From assembly GCA_002424045.1 (NCBI GenBank), contig DIPH01000044.1:35038-99037 (forward strand): 64,000 nucleotides of DNA. Reading direction: 5' to 3'. The number at the start of each line of letters is the position of its first letter. The stretch's first letter is position 1. Positions 61,357 to 64,000 of the stretch are shown here, in pieces. The notes beneath the pieces were generated by a model. It was given only the letters and a program-made list of their open reading frames with translations. It was not told the DNA's origin and made no database searches. The position numbers were made by a program, and so were the translations under genes. The DNA comes from Firmicutes bacterium UBA5493. GTDB lineage: Bacteria > Bacillota > Limnochordia > Darwinibacteriales > Darwinibacteriaceae.

Positions 61357-63513
61357 ATGGATATTATCAGGCAACTGGCCACAGAGTTAGGAATTAGGCC
61401 GCACCAAGTTGAACAAACGGTCTCACTTCTCGATGACGGCAACACCATTCCTTTTATTGCCCGCTATCGCAAAGAGGCCACAGGGGAGCTCGATGAGACG
61501 GTAATTAGAGACTTAGCAGAGCGCCTTACCTACCTGCGCAACCTGGAGGAACGCAAGGTAGAGATCACCCGGCTCATTGACAACCAGGAGAAACTCACGC
61601 CCGAGCTTACTTCATCCATTCTTGAAGCCACTACACTTCAGGAACTTGAGGATCTTTACAGACCCTTCAGACCAAAGCGCAGGACTAGGGCATCAATTGC
61701 CAAAGAAAAAGGACTCGAACCCTTGGCCCTTAAACTCTTAGAGCAGGGTTCTGAGAATCCCGAAGTCTTGGCTCAGTCCTTTATAAGTGACGAGGTGACC
61801 ACTCGGGAAGAGGCGCTTCAGGGCGCCGGGGATGTACTAGCAGAGAGGATCACCGATGATCCTGCAAATCGTGCCATGATTCGCAAGTTCACCTTTGATA
61901 CTGGCTTGTTGATCAGTGAAAGAGTGGCAGGCGAAGAGGTTCCTGAAGCGAAGGAGTTTCAAATGTACTTCGAGTACTTCGAGGACGTGGCTAAAATCCC
62001 GCCCCACCGGGTTCTAGCCATCAATCGCGGTGAACGCCTCGGCATTTTGAAGGCCAGAATCCAGGTGGATGTGGAAAAAGTCCATGCCCTCTTGACCAAG
62101 GAGATTATTACGAACAAGGCCTCTCCCGCAGCGGCTTATCTACTTGCGGCCATTGAAGATGGTTACTCCCGCTTATTGGCACCGAGCCTGGAACGGGATA
62201 TCCGAAACGCCCTTACCGAGAAGGCAGAAGCCCATGCCATCCAGATTTTTGCCAAGAATCTGGGGGATCTTCTGATGCAAAGTCCCGTACGTGGTCATAG
62301 GGTTCTAGGCATTGATCCCGCGTTTCGAACGGGTTGTAAGGTTGTGGCCATAGGCGAGTTTGGCGACCTGTTGGAGTACACCACAATCTATCCCCATGAA
62401 CCTCAAAAGCGCTGGGAACAAGCTTTGGATACCCTAGATGTTCTCGTTGATAAGCATCAGCTTTCTCTAGTCACTATCGGAAACGGTACGGCCAGCCGGG
62501 AAACAGAGCAGCTCGTGGCCGAACTGATTAGAAAACACTGTCCAAAATTGCAGTACCTCGTCGTAAACGAAGCAGGTGCCTCCGTGTACTCCGCGTCAAA
62601 GCTTGCTAAGGAAGAGTTCCCTGATTTGGATGTATCGATTCGGGGCGCCGTGTCCATTGCCCGTAGGGTGCAAGATCCCCTGGCAGAACTAGTGAAAATC
62701 GATCCGAAATCCATCGGGGTGGGGCAGTATCAGCATGATGTGAATCAAAAGGACCTCACAAACACCTTAGGACTCGTGGTAGAGAGCTGCGTGAATCATG
62801 TTGGTGTGGAGCTTAACACTGCATCTAGCGCCCTTTTGAAGCATGTCTCTGGGCTGTCGGCTAAGGTGGCCGATGGAATTATCGAGTACCGGACAAGTAA
62901 CGGTGTTTTCCAAAAGCGTTCTGAGCTCAAAAAAGTGAAGGGCCTGGGACCAAAGGCGTTCCAGCAGGCTGCAGGCTTTTTGCGGATCGCTAACGGGTCG
63001 AAACCCCTAGATAACACTGCGGTCCATCCCGAATCATACCCTCTTGCCCAAAAGATCCTGGAGGAAATTGGCTATAGTGAACAGGACCTTGAGAATCGGG
63101 AGACCTTGGTCCAGATTCGGACGAAACTAAGGACCCTCGATGCCAAGAAAGTTGCAGAGAACCTTGCAGCGGGTGAACCTACGGTAAGGGACATTTTAGG
63201 GGCCCTAAGCCAGCCTGGACGGGATCCTCGAGATGAGCTTCCCCGTCCCCTCTTTAGAGCAGATGTCCTGAGCATGGAGGATCTAAAACCCGGGATGGTT
63301 CTTCAGGGAACCGTACAAAATGTCGTGGATTTCGGAGCCTTTGTGGATATAGGCGTCAAAAAAGCCGGCTTAGTTCACATTTCTCAGCTCAGCGATACCT
63401 ACGTCAGGCACCCCACCGATTGCGTCCAGGTTGGAGATATTGTCTCGGTGCGCATTCTCGATGTGGAACCACAACTCGGGAGAATAAGTCTGAGCATGAA
63501 AACACAGCAGTAA
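61357..63513 (+). CDS. tex: Tex transcription accessory protein (YqgF, HhH and S1 domains)
   Basis: PFIARYRKEATG, GIDPAFRTGCK, GASVYSAS, IGVGQYQHD, S1 FGAFVDIG. Confidence 0.95.
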   Translation: MDIIRQLATELGIRPHQVEQTVSLLDDGNTIPFIARYRKEATGELDETVIRDLAERLTYLRNLEERKVEITRLIDNQEKLTPELTSSILEATTLQELEDLYRPFRPKRRTRASIAKEKGLEPLALKLLEQGSENPEVLAQSFISDEVTTREEALQGAGDVLAERITDDPANRAMIRKFTFDTGLLISERVAGEEVPEAKEFQMYFEYFEDVAKIPPHRVLAINRGERLGILKARIQVDVEKVHALLTKEIITNKASPAAAYLLAAIEDGYSRLLAPSLERDIRNALTEKAEAHAIQIFAKNLGDLLMQSPVRGHRVLGIDPAFRTGCKVVAIGEFGDLLEYTTIYPHEPQKRWEQALDTLDVLVDKHQLSLVTIGNGTASRETEQLVAELIRKHCPKLQYLVVNEAGASVYSASKLAKEEFPDLDVSIRGAVSIARRVQDPLAELVKIDPKSIGVGQYQHDVNQKDLTNTLGLVVESCVNHVGVELNTASSALLKHVSGLSAKVADGIIEYRTSNGVFQKRSELKKVKGLGPKAFQQAAGFLRIANGSKPLDNTAVHPESYPLAQKILEEIGYSEQDLENRETLVQIRTKLRTLDAKKVAENLAAGEPTVRDILGALSQPGRDPRDELPRPLFRADVLSMEDLKPGMVLQGTVQNVVDFGAFVDIGVKKAGLVHISQLSDTYVRHPTDCVQVGDIVSVRILDVEPQLGRISLSMKTQQ

Positions 63514-63519
63514 TGCGTA

Positions 63520-63567
63520 GGGGCTACTGCATAACGAACTCCTTGAAGTTCATTGCGCCGTAGCCCC
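63520..63567. terminator. Long imperfect hairpin between convergent tex and the peptidase gene
   Basis: GGGGCTAC...GAACT-loop-AGTTC...GTAGCCCC, followed by GTTTCTT. Confidence 0.55.
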
Positions 63568-63593
63568 GTTTCTTAACCTGTATTCTACCTTCT

Positions 63594-64000
63594 CTACTCT
63601 ACAATAATGGCGAACTGATACCAGTTATGGGAGGCATCAATTAACTCGTCGGCTACATAGTAGCGATCCTTGCCCTTCAATCCACCATCTGCATACCTCG
63701 CTCCCCAACTGTTAGGGTCATACACTTCAAAATAGGTGAGGTCATCAACCTCAGCATATCCCTTGACTATAAGGAAATGACCATCGGCATAGTCATAAAA
63801 ACGGTTTACGCGGCGGTTGGGATCATCCTCCCTACTAATATAGTTCATATCAATGCAAAGGATGGCGATTTTTCCCTCATCGATGACGTTCTTTAAGTCC
63901 GCGATTGCCACTTCTTTATCCCGCTCAAGCATCATCGTAGAGTAGGGCTGATCAAGAGATTCGAAGTATCTGAAGAAGATGTTCGTGCGCCACCAGGCGC
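63594..64000 (-). CDS. C39-like (papain-fold) peptidase domain protein, 5' part outside the window
   Basis: Frame stays open to the window edge; GHFLIVKGY...FEVYDP resembles the His/Asp catalytic motifs. Confidence 0.65.
   Translation of the reverse strand, partial: AWWRTNIFFRYFESLDQPYSTMMLERDKEVAIADLKNVIDEGKIAILCIDMNYISREDDPNRRVNRFYDYADGHFLIVKGYAEVDDLTYFEVYDPNSWGARYADGGLKGKDRYYVADELIDASHNWYQFAIIVE

Overview
This 64-kb window is gene-dense, mostly minus-strand core chromosome from an anaerobic Bacillota (Firmicutes). A Clostridia/Limnochordia-like origin is inferred from gene order, CwlD/GerMN, an AMIN-domain amidase and sigma-A promoters. It contains tdh-kbl, four tRNAs (Pro, Gly, Arg, His), rdgB-rph, murI-murD, smpB-tmRNA, secG, the cggR-gap-pgk-tpi-gpmI-eno operon with a recognisable CggR operator, nagA-nagB-yvcK-vanW-whiA, and an amino-acid ABC pair with tandem ARG boxes. 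These are followed by a DnaD-like/DnaC-like pair, alr-nnr-acpS-glmM-cdaR-cdaA, cwlD, glpK-glpP-deoC, ymfF/ymfH, a variant addAB with a Ski2/HelY-like helicase, selO-nfu-queG, rnhA, lemA-TPM, yigZ and tex. No CRISPR array, IS, integrase or prophage structural genes were seen. The most interesting items are a Prok-RING + transmembrane + solute-binding-like fusion, a secreted LolA-like/TPR protein, an orphan DnaD/DnaC loader pair, an AddAB with Fe-S staple cysteines in both subunits, a candidate attenuator before queG, a rewired amino-sugar locus and a frameshifted ComEC-like gene. All calls come from reading the sequence; no searches were run.
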